This document shows, piece by piece, positions 13,272 to 24,945 of a stretch of DNA of 64,000 bases. The position numbers and the translations under genes were made by a program. The DNA comes from Sphyrna mokarran (lineage: Eukaryota), in the NCBI GenBank assembly GCA_024679065.1, contig JAGIQG010000009.1, forward strand, positions 64,046,001-64,110,000, in the 5' to 3' direction. How positions within the stretch are numbered: position 1 is the first letter of the stretch; every line of letters starts with the position of its first letter. The notes beneath the pieces are model-generated. The model did no database searches, was not told the DNA's origin, and was given only the letters and a program-made list of their open reading frames with translations.

Positions 13272-15559
13272 ATTTCTGAAAAGAAACAGCCTGTATTGAA
13301 CACACTTCGTTAATAAAGCTCCTTTGATTTATCAGCTTCCATGCCTCCAAGTATCAATCCTGTGGACACAATAGTGTATACCAAAGGCAAAATTTTCCTA
13401 CCTCGTTTGCCTCAAAACCGGAAAATCCCACCTAAGGTCAATGGAACTTTCTACGGTCTGCCGCTTGCCCGCTATAATTCCCATTGCAGGCTGAACAGGA
13501 AAACCTGCCCCCAGACATCTATCCCCCCAAAGGCTGCATTGCCACTGCTGATTGGGTCTGAGGCATTCCCACGTCAGATACCATTACTCCTGAAGCTCGT
13601 TTGAAAGAAGTATTAACGAGGAAGACTAGTATGACAGTTGCTAAACCACAACTTACATTTTCAGTCCATAAAGACTGATTTGGAAAAAATAATAAATATA
13701 CCTGTTGCAGTAGATAATGACAGAATGCTTTTACTTTGGAGCCTGCAGCATGGAGAACCTTTGAAGAGCAATTACTTAATTAAGTACAGCCTTGAAAGAC
13801 TGAGACTGCCAGAATTATTTTTCTACCAACGCAGAGGTTTTGAGATAAGAACGTGAGATTCTCAATTGGATTTATGTATCTCCTACTGTAATAGCTGAAT
13901 AGGAGCAATTGCAAATGGAGGGAATGAGAATGAGGAAGATTTACTCTTCAAAATATTACTGTCCAAAATAATTTGTAGGCCATTTGGATTTAATGGTAAT
14001 CTCAATAAGGAAGTTTGCCTGAGAAGAGCATATTTTAGCAAAAATACTATAGCACAACTTTTACATAGCAATCTGCAATGCAGATCGCATTACCTGTGGA
14101 TCTGTCAATGATTATTGTATTTATTAACTTCCAAGTGATCAATAGCTATTCTATTCCTTCTTCACACTGTGCTTCCTAATGGTGTTTAAACATATGTCTT
14201 TTTTTATTATCACGATGCTTCCTGTGTCATCTTGGATTTGGGGAATAGATAGGGTTCCATTAGGGTTTTTCTGTTACCCTAAGAATGCTACCATTGGCTC
14301 TACCATGTAAAAACTATTCTTTTAACTCTACACAAACTTGTAATTCTGCTTCCCATTAGATCTCAACCTTTTAATCATGTGACATTACATCATTGTTATA
14401 GTATTAGTTACATCAGTATCAGGTACTTCTGATGGTAATCCTTAACAATACATCTTCCCCAATTCTTTATCTCAAATATATACTTACTCATATATCCCCC
14501 CTCAGAGTCTTAGATTTCATAGGGTTGATGTCTGTGGTGCTTTAACTAGTCTCCCAAATCTGGTCTAGGGTTTGTTTTGAGGTTTGGAATAAACTGCACT
14601 CTTGCCTTTGATAGGAGTGTGTTTTCCACCTGGGCTGTTGTAGAGTTTCTACTTGTTTCTTGGTTCCTTGTCTCCATTCACATCTGAATATTGTGCCCAA
14701 GGTTTAAGTTGTTTCGTTCCAATGGTAACAGGGTTCTTTACCCTTTCTAATATTTTCCTGGTTCCACTTCAATTCTAAAAGATCTCAGTTGTGAAGCTCT
14801 TTTTACTACTATACCTTAAGTTAAATCCCAACTAGTCAGTTCTGCACTTCAAAAGAGAGAGCTGCCTATGGTCATCTAGGACTGTGGTGACTTTGCCTTT
14901 TACCTCATGAATGTAATAAATTCCACATTTAATGTCCATTCAACATACATAGCATGAGCTTTTGAAACATTTTGATTAGTCACATATCTTTACAACTTGT
15001 TTCTGTTCTGATCATTAACTCCATTATTCCTGTAGCTTCTATCTGTCAATTGTCTTCTCCCATTTTGGTATTAAGATTATGCTGTACAAAATCTTTCTCC
15101 TCAATTGCATTTTATCTTCTAAAAAAAACCTACTAAATTACAACATGATTTAATAGTTTCTTACCTCCCCTCACCTACTCATTAAAAAAAAGGCCCGAGC
15201 TTGAGTATTTTGTGCAATTTTGGAAGACCACGAAAGAGACAGGAAGATGAGCAGTGAAGAATAATCCATTTATAGCTTTAGAGGTGAATGAGATCCCAGC
15301 CCAAATCTTCAGAGCAGCAATTGTGATGAGCTGTTTGCCACTGTGCTTGAAGATTTTCCCGACTTATCTCTGTTACACATTTCTCCTGGGATCTTCTGAT
15401 CCTGACTGTCGCAGAAATATGCAGTGCAGCATCCTTTTGCAACTGCACTGAAGTGGAATAGAATCAGAGGAAGACAGGATATGCTCTTTTTTTAAGACAC
15501 TGACTGCTATATGGGTTAGTCTCAAAGTTCAGTATTTGAATGCTAATCATTGGATCAAT

Positions 15560-16020
15560 TGATGGGGTGAGTGAGTGAACAAATGAATAGATTGATGAGT
15601 AGAGTTGGTAGGTGGGTGAGTTGACAATTGGATTGGATTGGGTCGAGTCAGAGGGATAATTGCGTGGTTGGCTTATTCAAATCGGGAGGCGGGTTGGTGG
15701 TCGAGAGAGGGTGGGTTAGATTGAGTGATGGTCTGGTGGTCACAGAGGGAGGTAGGTGGTGTTGAGGTGTAGTAGGCTGGTTGGGTAGCCAGTTGTTGAG
15801 TCCGATCAGGGATAGTCAAGGATGGATAATTGAGTGGTCGGAAGGGATGGGGGGGGGGGGGGGGGGTGCGTGGAAATTTGGTTTTGGTTAGAGTGACAGT
15901 TGGCTAATTAGGGAGCTAGTCAAGTGGTCAGGTTGGGTTGCGAGTTGTCAGATCAGGGGCTAGGCAGGCGTTTGTTTGGGAGGGGAGTCAGGGGAAGCCA
16001 GTGGGCCAGCTGCGGAGAGA
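15560..16020 (+). repeat. G-rich low-complexity tract including a G homopolymer at ~15849-15866
   Basis: Repeated ggttgg/gggtgg/gagt words, strongly G-skewed. Confidence 0.6.
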
Positions 16021-16319
16021 TTTGTTGCTTAGCTACTGGCTATTAGGCTAGATTTTAATTTGTTTAACATTTTCTGGGTAACTCTTCAGCTAAATACTGC
16101 AGAACTATTAGATGTTTCCAAATTCAGCTCAGGGTCGGCAACATTCATAGAGGTGTCTCAGAGAGTAGGGACCCGAAGTTTAAACTTCTCAGGTAATTAT
16201 TATATGGTTGTATTACATGAAAATCTTCAGTCACTCTTAACTCTGCTACTTTTAAATAGTAGTTGAAACTGGCAGTAGAGGAAAACTTGGAGTTGCTGTT
16301 TAAAGTTTTTTTTTCCCTT

Positions 16320-16575
16320 TTTTCTTTCATTGAGCCTAATTGCCCTTGAACAGAGTAACCATCTCAAAGGACAGTTAAATGTCAACCACATTGCTGTGGG
16401 CCTGGAGTCATGCCAGATGGCAAATTTCTTTTGTGAAGTAGATGGGTTTATATGACAATCACTTCTTAAATTCCAGATTTTTATTGAATTCAAATTTCGC
16501 TATCTGCCATAGTGGGATTCAAACCCGGATCCCTGGATTACTAGTCCAGTGACAATATTATTTCACCGTTGCCCA
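16320..16575 (-). mobile_element. tRNA-head SINE (family B associated)
   Basis: Reverse complement: gtcactggactagtaatccagggatccgGGTTTGAATCCcactatggcag (B-box-like); ends ...aagggcaattagg. Confidence 0.6.
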
Positions 16576-16717
16576 TATATTTTTGTTATCTGTGTAATTT
16601 GCAAATGTACCAGTGAATGCACTAATGATTCTGAACTATTTCTCTTTCTTTCTATCTACAACACTTTTCCTTAATGCTGCCGTCCTCTACAATGGGATAT
16701 TTTGGTGACTGATTCAG

Positions 16718-16781
16718 AATGGATGATGCTGAAGCCTGTTTCATCCTCAGCAGTCGATATGAAGTTGACAGGACAGCTGCT
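16718..16781 (+). CDS. KCNT2: KCNT2 exon D (RCK1)
   Basis: attcAG|A, GCT|GTAAGT; 64 nt. (K)MDDAEACFILSSRYEVDRTAA; phases fit both neighbours. Confidence 0.93.
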
Positions 16782-16914
16782 GTAAGTTGTATTTATATAG
16801 AGTTGAAATGTATCGTGCATTTTACAAAAAGAAAGGAAGGATGGATCGAACATGATGGACCCAATGATCTTTCCTCTTCTTAGCCCGACCCTTTCCGCCC
16901 ATTAGAAATGTTTT

Positions 16915-17400
16915 TTGACAGGGTCACATTTACAAACTAGTCAGAAGATTAAAAGTTTGAGGGGTTGAATGGAAAGTGTTCGATCCAAAATTGGCAGTGG
17001 CAGGAATCAGTGGAAAATAGTTGGCATGTATTTTAGTGAATGGAAGCTGATTCCAGTAGGGTTCCACTTTCTGTTTCTGATATATACATTAATGATTTCG
17101 AATTAAATGTAGAGGGCATGACTAAGAAGTTTGCAAATAATACATAAATTGGCCAAATGCATATTCATGAGAAAGGAAACTGTAGAATCTACGAAGATGT
17201 CAGTGGACAAGTTAGGTGATCAGATACATGACAAATTAAATCCAATGCAGAGAAATGGAATGTCTTGCATTGGGGAGGACAAACAAGGCAAAGGAATACA
17301 AAGTAAATATCAAATGCTAAGAATGTAACAGAACAGTTCATGTCCACACATCCCTGAAATAACACAGTCAGATAGATATAGTGACTTAAAACCGTGCACT
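16915..17400 (+). mobile_element. Old, highly decayed CR1 RT fragment
   Basis: Remnants of the ...YINDL, KFADDTK and WQMKFN..KC motifs with many stops. Confidence 0.45.
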
Positions 17401-19021
17401 GTACACTTTCATGTATTGTCTGAGGCTTAGAATCAAAGTGACCAATTTCATGATGTAAAATATTTTAATAAATATTCAATAAATACTTTATTATTGTAGA
17501 ACTAGGGGTTGTGTGATGACTATGAGAGCAGGGGTAGCCACTGGTAACAAAGATATTCCAATTTAAAAGTACAACACCCAATCAGAAGATAAAGAACATT
17601 TAGCAGGGAAATTAGTCCTGGTGGCAGGTTTCTGCATAAAGATAGAGCTGCAAGGATGAAAGTCCAGTCTACAGCTAGGGGATAGACACTATCATATTAA
17701 CAAATACAGCTTTTTGGGTATTTGTTTTTCTTGCCTGAAGCTGGCACTAACGCCCCTTAGATGTGTGAATTGACATCTGAATTGCTGTTTCAGGATCTCT
17801 TTTTGTGAACCACAATGAAGTAGGCACTAAACATTCCACAACCTGCTCCACAAATGGGACATGCTAAGCTTTTTTTTCTCATATCTAGATTTGAAACTAC
17901 GAGGAACAGTTGTGTTCCTATCTTCTGCCCGTACCACTCCTCCCCAATTTCTGACCCACCAGATCAGCTTCTATTCCAGACTACTTTCGCAATGAATGCA
18001 ATCTGACAACTCACCCTTTAAGCAGTTTCAGACTTGAAAATCACTTTCCAAACTACTTACTTTTATGCTAATAAAAAGGAATGCATAAATTTGATTATAT
18101 TAGCATAACTTTGTTTAAATTATTATTGTTGGCATACTCAATTGTGACTGGAATGGATAATTATTATTTTTGGTTATGTTTCTGATTATTGAACCTTTTT
18201 TTGAAATGAGATAAATTACTGCACCTGATAGAGGAAAATAGCTTTTTTCTACAGCTTAAGAGTACAAGTATAATAAGAAAATACATTATCTTTCGAAATA
18301 GTTTAAGCTTTATTATTTATGATGCCTTCACGTACAGCCACTGGAAACATAAACTACTCATCTGTCATAATTTTGCTTGATAATTTGAATGGTTATTCAG
18401 ATGGGAAAGTACAACTAATGGAGCATTATGAGATTAAATTGTGGTAAAATGGCTTCAGTAATCCAAATTATATTTGCTAATGCTTTACATTTTTATCTCA
18501 AAATGATAATGTATATATAGAGATCCGTTGCCTGCGGATCTTCGGAAGGGATAATGCAATCTATTTAAGCCACAGAACTTCCTTAATTGTGTTGCATGGT
18601 GCAGAAATGACAATTGGTGTAGAAAGTCAAAATTTCAATCTTCTTGGTGGTAATGTGTGCTGGAATATTCTGTGAAGCTCATTGGCCCATATTGGAATAT
18701 AAAAGCCAATGTGACTTGTGATGCCACTAATTAGGATTAATAGTAATGAGCTGGTGTCTCTTGCCAAGACACTTTACTCATTGTATCTCTTGCCTTGGAA
18801 CCTCCTTTTGCATTAAAATATAGAATGCTGTTATGCCTATTGAGATGTTTTTCAAGCTGTTTCATTGTTATAGACACTTGAAGATGAAGTATGTTTTTGA
18901 AAAATGTCAGATGCAAGGAGACTGATTGCACTTGGTTAGTTATAGCACAAGTATCATTCAGGAAATTTCAGAAATAAGAGCTCTGATCAAATGCCAGAAA
19001 TTGCTGCAATGATAAGTTTTA

Positions 19022-19315
19022 AGTTTATTTATTGGTGCCAGAAGTAGGCTTACATTAACACTGCAGTGAAAATCCCTAGCTGTCACACGAAGGCACTTGT
19101 GTTTAGGTACACTGAGGGAGAATTTAACATGGCCAAAGCACCTAACCAGCACATCTTTCAGACTGTGGGAGGAAACCGGAGCACCCAGAGGAAACCCACG
19201 CAGTCATGGGGTGAATGTGCAGACTCTGCACAGACAGTGACCCAAGCTGGGAATTGAAACCAGGTCTCTTGCACTGGGAGGCAGCAGTGCTAACAACTAT
19301 GCCACCATGTCGTCC
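19022..19315 (-). mobile_element. HE1-related SINE variant with a distinct 3' tail
   Basis: Head and V-domain as in HE1. Tail (fwd: agtaggcttacattaacactgcagtgaaaatccctag) is shared with 63871-64000. Confidence 0.75.
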
Positions 19316-20359
19316 TGACATCAGGTGACTTCTGGCCTTCCTGCATCTAAATTTGAGGGTGTAAGTCTTTGTCAGTGCTTTAGTTGTGTAAACCTATGAT
19401 CATGCATAATCTATACCTTTGTGTGCTGGGTCAATGATTAGCAGAATATTTTGGTAGTCAGATGTAGTAGGGATGATTACAAACCGATGAGAAATTTGTG
19501 CATGAATATTGTTTCAGCATGAAAATGGAAGAAATCAGTTACTGTTGCAAAAAAAGGACACAGTAGCTCTTGCACAACTTGGCTGTGACATAAGGTTTCA
19601 GGAAATTGCAGGGCAACGTTTTTGTTTTATATTACTGGCAAATTTGCCAAATTAAAATGTCTTGCTGATGACACTTAATGAGAGTCTCATTTTGAGTTAC
19701 ACTAGCTATCAGAAACTGCTCAAGTTTAACATATGCATCTTTATTTCCCGGTGGAAAGCTAAACATTGTTTACAGATTTTCAGCAATTTCCAACATTATG
19801 TTATACATATTCATGAAGAGTCAGCATTTCCAAATTCTGCGTTTCAGGGTAATTTCCAGATGATTTTATTCATGAGATGTGCATTGGGTAATATTCTGTC
19901 TCTCAATCAATAATTATTTCTTATTTACTTTTGTTTCATGAAGTTTTATTTCAGTCATTTGACTGTAGTTTGAACCATAACTTAAGTAACTTCAGTAAAA
20001 ACCTATCGATAATTTATTCTTAATCATTCATCATAGTCAGATTCTGTTGGATAAATGTGCAGGTTTTAAGAGTTCATTATATTGGGAAACATTGCAGATG
20101 CTCAGACCTAGTTTGTTGTATTTTAATCTGAAATAAAAATGAAGCATTTTGCAGATTTAAATCTGAAGAGAATGCCATCAACTTTCATCTATTTTCTTTG
20201 GTCATAACCATCTCATAAAAGACAAATTCTATCCTATAAGTTGGAAATAGATTACCCTTAACATGTGCTTCCTCAAATGCAGCTCTGACATAATTCAATA
20301 AACTACTGAGAGCAAAATATGAATAAACAACAGATGGTGACATAAAGAAAATCTTTGCT

Positions 20360-20630
20360 GCTTTACTATTTTAGTCTTGCACATCAGTAGGCCATTCATC
20401 TGCTCTCTGTCCAAAGGCAGGTCTGTGGCTCATTGTCTACTAATGCTTCATCCTGAGATGCTTTCCTCCACCATTTTTGTCAGTGGTGGTTTGCCATTGT
20501 CTTCCATTCTCAAGTGTAGGGTGAGAATGCAGGTCCCAACTCTACTTCAGCCAGAATGGGAATTGAAGTCACATTTGTTGCTGTTACTTTGAACCATATG
20601 CTAACTACTAGCCAACTGAGCTAACTAGCA
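20360..20630 (-). mobile_element. Another tRNA-head SINE
   Basis: Reverse complement begins gttagctcagttggctag (A-box-like)...ttcaattccc and contains acaatggcaaaccaccactg, similar to RTE-type tails. Confidence 0.45.
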
Positions 20631-21049
20631 CCCAAACAAACTGGCAGCAAATGGATCATATTGCAATCCTCAGAAGTTCAAATTATTCAGACTTTTAGAC
20701 TCTGCAAGTTAGAAGTTCAATGAGCGTGATTCTTATTGCTCTAATTGTGTTTGTGGACTGATAGATTATTGCTCTCAGCCATGATCGTTGTGCAGCAGTG
20801 AGTGATGTGGCATTATAGAATGTATGTATTTGTGAGCAAAACATGTTTTCTAGCCTTTTTAAATGATACAACAATATATCACCCCATTTTTTTTAAGAAA
20901 AATACTTCAACATCAATATAACAGTTCCAGTCATTCTCTGTGTCCAAACTAAAGAAGATTAGAAATCAACTTTTATAATTAAACTGTATACTTTACAAAT
21001 CTTTATGCAGTTTGTTTGCTTTTCTCAAAATGTGATAAAGGGTATCCAG

Positions 21050-23050
21050 TAGAGTGGTAGAGTGTTGTGGCTTCATCTCATGGATTTGGTAGTCATCACT
21101 CTCAGTGATGAGTTGGCATGCTTTACGAGCATTGATGAGTTACACCTGTATATATGTCTGTGCATCATATCCAGGCTTGTTTCTGGAAATCATGAAAATG
21201 TAAACAATCTGTGATGAAGATTCCATTGAAGAGACATTCAGATCGCTAGTGGAGGTACACTTCCTATTGTTCACATGTTTATAGAAACTGAGATTCAGTA
21301 GTTGTCTGGACAGGTCAGCAATTAGACTCCCATAAAGATGTATGTGGAGGAAACATCATTATCACAAGAATGTACAAATTCACCCCTGCAGTCAGTCTGA
21401 CTTACAGAAACTACAGAGGGAAGACATCTCACCCAGCAAAAGGAAACTATCATCTCTGATTGACCAATATTGCCAGATTACTGGCTGTGTCCACATCTAT
21501 TTTATTAGGCTATCCATTGATTGCTTGCTGAAAAGACATCTGTACCTCTTTGTCTTAACTGAATCAAATTCAAAGTGATGTGACCAGTATTGGTGATGAT
21601 ATACTCATTGGTGATGGATCGTTACAGTTTAGTCTTTTAACTCATGTTTCTTTTGTGACAACAATCAGAACACGGTAGCTGCTAGCATTTCTCCCTTGGC
21701 TTGTATTTCAGAGTGAAATTGTAACTCTGAAGCCTCTGTAGTCTTACTGGTGCTATACACAAGATTTTTCTTGTAGATTTGATCAGTGATCAGTTTCCAT
21801 TGTAAACTTTCTTCCAATGTCTTACATCCAAACATGACTGTCAAAAGCTCTGTTTGTATTTCTGATCTTATTTGATGTTGGAGCTGATACCAATGCTATC
21901 AGTTTTTCCTCTTGTAAAAGGTGTACACTGAGTTTATTTTATGTAGAAGCATCTTCTTGCAAAGTTTCTCTCTGTTGTCACTATAACAGACTTGTCTCTT
22001 TGCGTACTATTTCTTTGAGTTTGTTAAAGCTCCTCTCATATGATTCTGACCACTTGTATTCAACATCTTCCTTGATCAGCTCTCAAAGGTTTGCTGTGTG
22101 TTCTGACATGTGAGATATGAAAGAACTCATGTCCTAGATCAAGCCAAGGGAACTTTTCAGTTCTTTCTTGTCTCTCAGAGCTTCCAGCATGAAGATGGCA
22201 GTGACTTTTTGAAGGCTCACCTTGACGCTGTCAGGTGTGTACATCATTCTGAAGAAACAAAATTCTGTTGCCTTCAGATGTATTTGTCTTTGTTTTGCTG
22301 GCCTCAGCATCTTGGTTCTCCCTGTGGCTACATGTAGATGGTAGTCATGATCTTTATTGTCTACAGACTATATATATCTAGATATCATCAACTATGTTGA
22401 CTGCTGTTTTGTATCACCTGTATCTCTTGCATCTCTGTTTTTTGCTGGAACATGTCCTCGTTCACTTTAGGACCAAACGATAGAGATAGGAATTTGTATC
22501 TGCTGAAGTAGGTACATTGCATTGTCCAATAGACTTTGACCAAATTCATATCAGTAAAAATCTACTTAATGTCTGTATGTTTATGTATGGAACCTTTCAT
22601 GTTCAAATTACTGTAAAGTTTAATAGTTTACAGTCAGGGTCAATACTTATGATCAGTATGTCAAGCTCATAAAGTAGAGATGCATTGGATTAATGTTGCA
22701 AGACTTCTTACCAAGATCATAAAGATAATTTTAAGTCCAGTTGCATGATCTTTGGCTTTTTGATCAATGTGTTAAGTCACATTCGACATAACATGATAGC
22801 AAACCAAGTATTCAACGCTTAGTTGCATCTTGAAAATACGAAGTTAAACAGTTTTCCAAAAAAGATACTTGTTCATGGTTAGAGCATTGGTAACACTAAA
22901 TAATTTGGATTTATTGTGCCAGAAGACATTGCAGTACTGAAGATATATTTTCCAAAGTTGTTTATTCTATTTCTCACTTCCCCTGCATTCATCTATTTAC
23001 GATATTTGCAGAATCATGACCCCTTGAGTTCTTTTCCTCCAGATTCCCAT
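21050..23050 (-). mobile_element. Decayed Ty3/Gypsy LTR retrotransposon pol fragment (RT-RNase H)
   Basis: Reverse-strand translation: YFSRYKFLSLSFGPKVNEDMFQQ (~22515-22445), AVNIVDDI (~22404-22381, RT catalytic motif), GRKFTMETDH (~21815-21785). Many stops and frameshifts. Confidence 0.75.
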
Positions 23051-23360
23051 TAAATACAGATGAGAAAACGCTGGTGTCAGATGATGATTTCTAAGCAAAA
23101 GGTCAGCTCTTAACACCAACCTGAGCTGTTAAAGTTCTGAATGTTTTAAGTGCGTTAGAACGTAAACAAGGGTGCAACAAGATTAACCACATTGGCTCCC
23201 CAAGCGAACATATGGTTTGGTTTACTATGAACACAAATTTACTTAGTCTCTTGATGGTTGTCCTTTCGAAGTTAATCAAGTGGAATTTTGGAATATGTGT
23301 TTACCTAAAACCTGCATTACTTCCCTTTCATTGGTTACTTTCCACATCAATATATTGGTA

Positions 23361-23652
23361 AGAATCATAGAATCCCTACAGTGCAAAAGGAAGCCATTTG
23401 GCCCATCAAGTTGACACTGATAACACTCTCACCCAGGGCTTTCCACGTAACCCCATGTAATTACCCTGCTAATGCCCCTAAAACAATGGAGCAATTTATC
23501 ATGGCCAATCCACCTAACCCACATATCTTTCGGACTGTGGGAGGAAACCTGAGCATCCAGAGGAAACCCATGCAAACACTGGTAGAGAGTGACCAAAGCC
23601 AGGAATTGAACGAGGATACCTGGCGCTAGCTACGCTGTGCTAACCACTGTAT
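23361..23652 (-). mobile_element. HE1-like V-SINE
   Basis: agaatcatagaatccctacagtgca...ggaggaaacctgagcatccagaggaaacccatgca...gctaaccactgt. Confidence 0.75.
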
Positions 23653-23855
23653 AATTCCAATAATTTAAGTACCCTGGTGATTAGAAGATTTTTTTCAAGA
23701 AAATCATCCCGAAGTATTACAAATCAGACGTATGTATTTAACTGCTTATTTGTATTGTCACACTCGTCATACAGTGATTGTCTGTCATTTCATCTTCCCA
23801 TTTCTGTTCACAACAATGAAGAGACTTATTTATGTTGCATTTTTTTTTAACTCAG

Positions 23856-23964
23856 GATCACCAAACCATTCTGAGGGCATGGGCTGTCAAAGACTTTGCA
23901 CCAAAGTGTCCCCTCTACGTTCAGATACTGAAACCTGAGAATAAATTCCATGTCAAATTTGCAG
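23856..23964 (+). CDS. KCNT2: KCNT2 exon E (RCK1)
   Basis: ctcAG|GAT, G|GTAACT; 109 nt. [36 protein letters not shown](D). Confidence 0.95.
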
Positions 23965-24189
23965 GTAACTTGTTTAGAGAAACGGAATAGCTCTACAAAT
24001 GTAATAATTCTGCCAGTTAAGTTGATGTTCTCAATTCAGTAACTAAATTTTTCCTTACCTTTTTAGTTAGAGAAATAATGTTGTAACTTTTGACTTGTTG
24101 CTAGATTTTGACATGTAATACATTATTTTTAGTTGTGATGCAGTTTCAAATTACTGCAACGAACTAGTTGAATAGGCAATGTGACATAA

Positions 24190-24945
24190 ATGGGGAGGTG
24201 GTGGTAGAGTTGTAATGTCACCAGACTAGTAATCCAGAGGTGCAGGCTAATAGTCTGATTCATGGCAGCCTGTGGAGTTTAAATTCACTTAATAAAAGTG
24301 ATATTGACAAGCTAGTAATAGTGACCTTGAAACCATTGTTGACTGTCGTAAACACCACACTGCCCTTTAGGGAAGTAAATATGCTGCCCTTTACTTGGTC
24401 TGTCCTCTGTAGCATGAAATGGACATCAAGCCATCAGTTCTATCAAGATTGCTACAAAGCATATAAAAAGAAATGAACTGGACTGATCATCCAGTATCAA
24501 TGTAGGTACAATTGTCAAACCCAGCCTTGTTTCTTTACGTATGTCTGATGCTTTGAGCCAAAATTGAAAGAACTATGTCACAGCCTAGTCAATCAACTGC
24601 CCAGTATGGCAATAGTAGAATCTTACCCCAGACGCTGCCATCATCATCCCTGGTATGCCCTATCACAATAACCAGATAGACCAACCAGAGTTGATGGTAC
24701 ATCAATGTACAGTGGGAGAAAGTTGCCCTGGGAGTTCTCAACATTGACTGTGGTCCCCATGAAGCCCCATGACATCATGCCAATTATGGGCAAACATCCA
24801 ACTGATTATCACCTACCTCTGCTTACCACCACAGTAAACCATACCCCCCCCCGCTACCCACTCCGTTAGATGAACAATCACTATTCCTCCATGTTGAACA
24901 TCATGAGAAGAACTGAGGATGGCAATGGCACAAAATGTACTCTAG
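24190..24945 (+). mobile_element. 5' portion of family B LINE: tRNA-like head followed by decayed AP-endonuclease coding sequence
   Basis: Head shared with the SINEs at 4090 and 16320. Downstream reads KLKELCHSLVNQLP...IIIPG...DRPTRVDGT...VALGVLNIDCGPHE...LIITY across frameshifts, resembling a LINE APE N-terminus. Confidence 0.6.

Noticed and set aside
16665-16675. TTTTCCTTAAT resembling a U12 branch site
   Set aside because: The donor of this intron is GTACGT, not the U12 GTATCCTT; a U2 distant branch point explains the region better.
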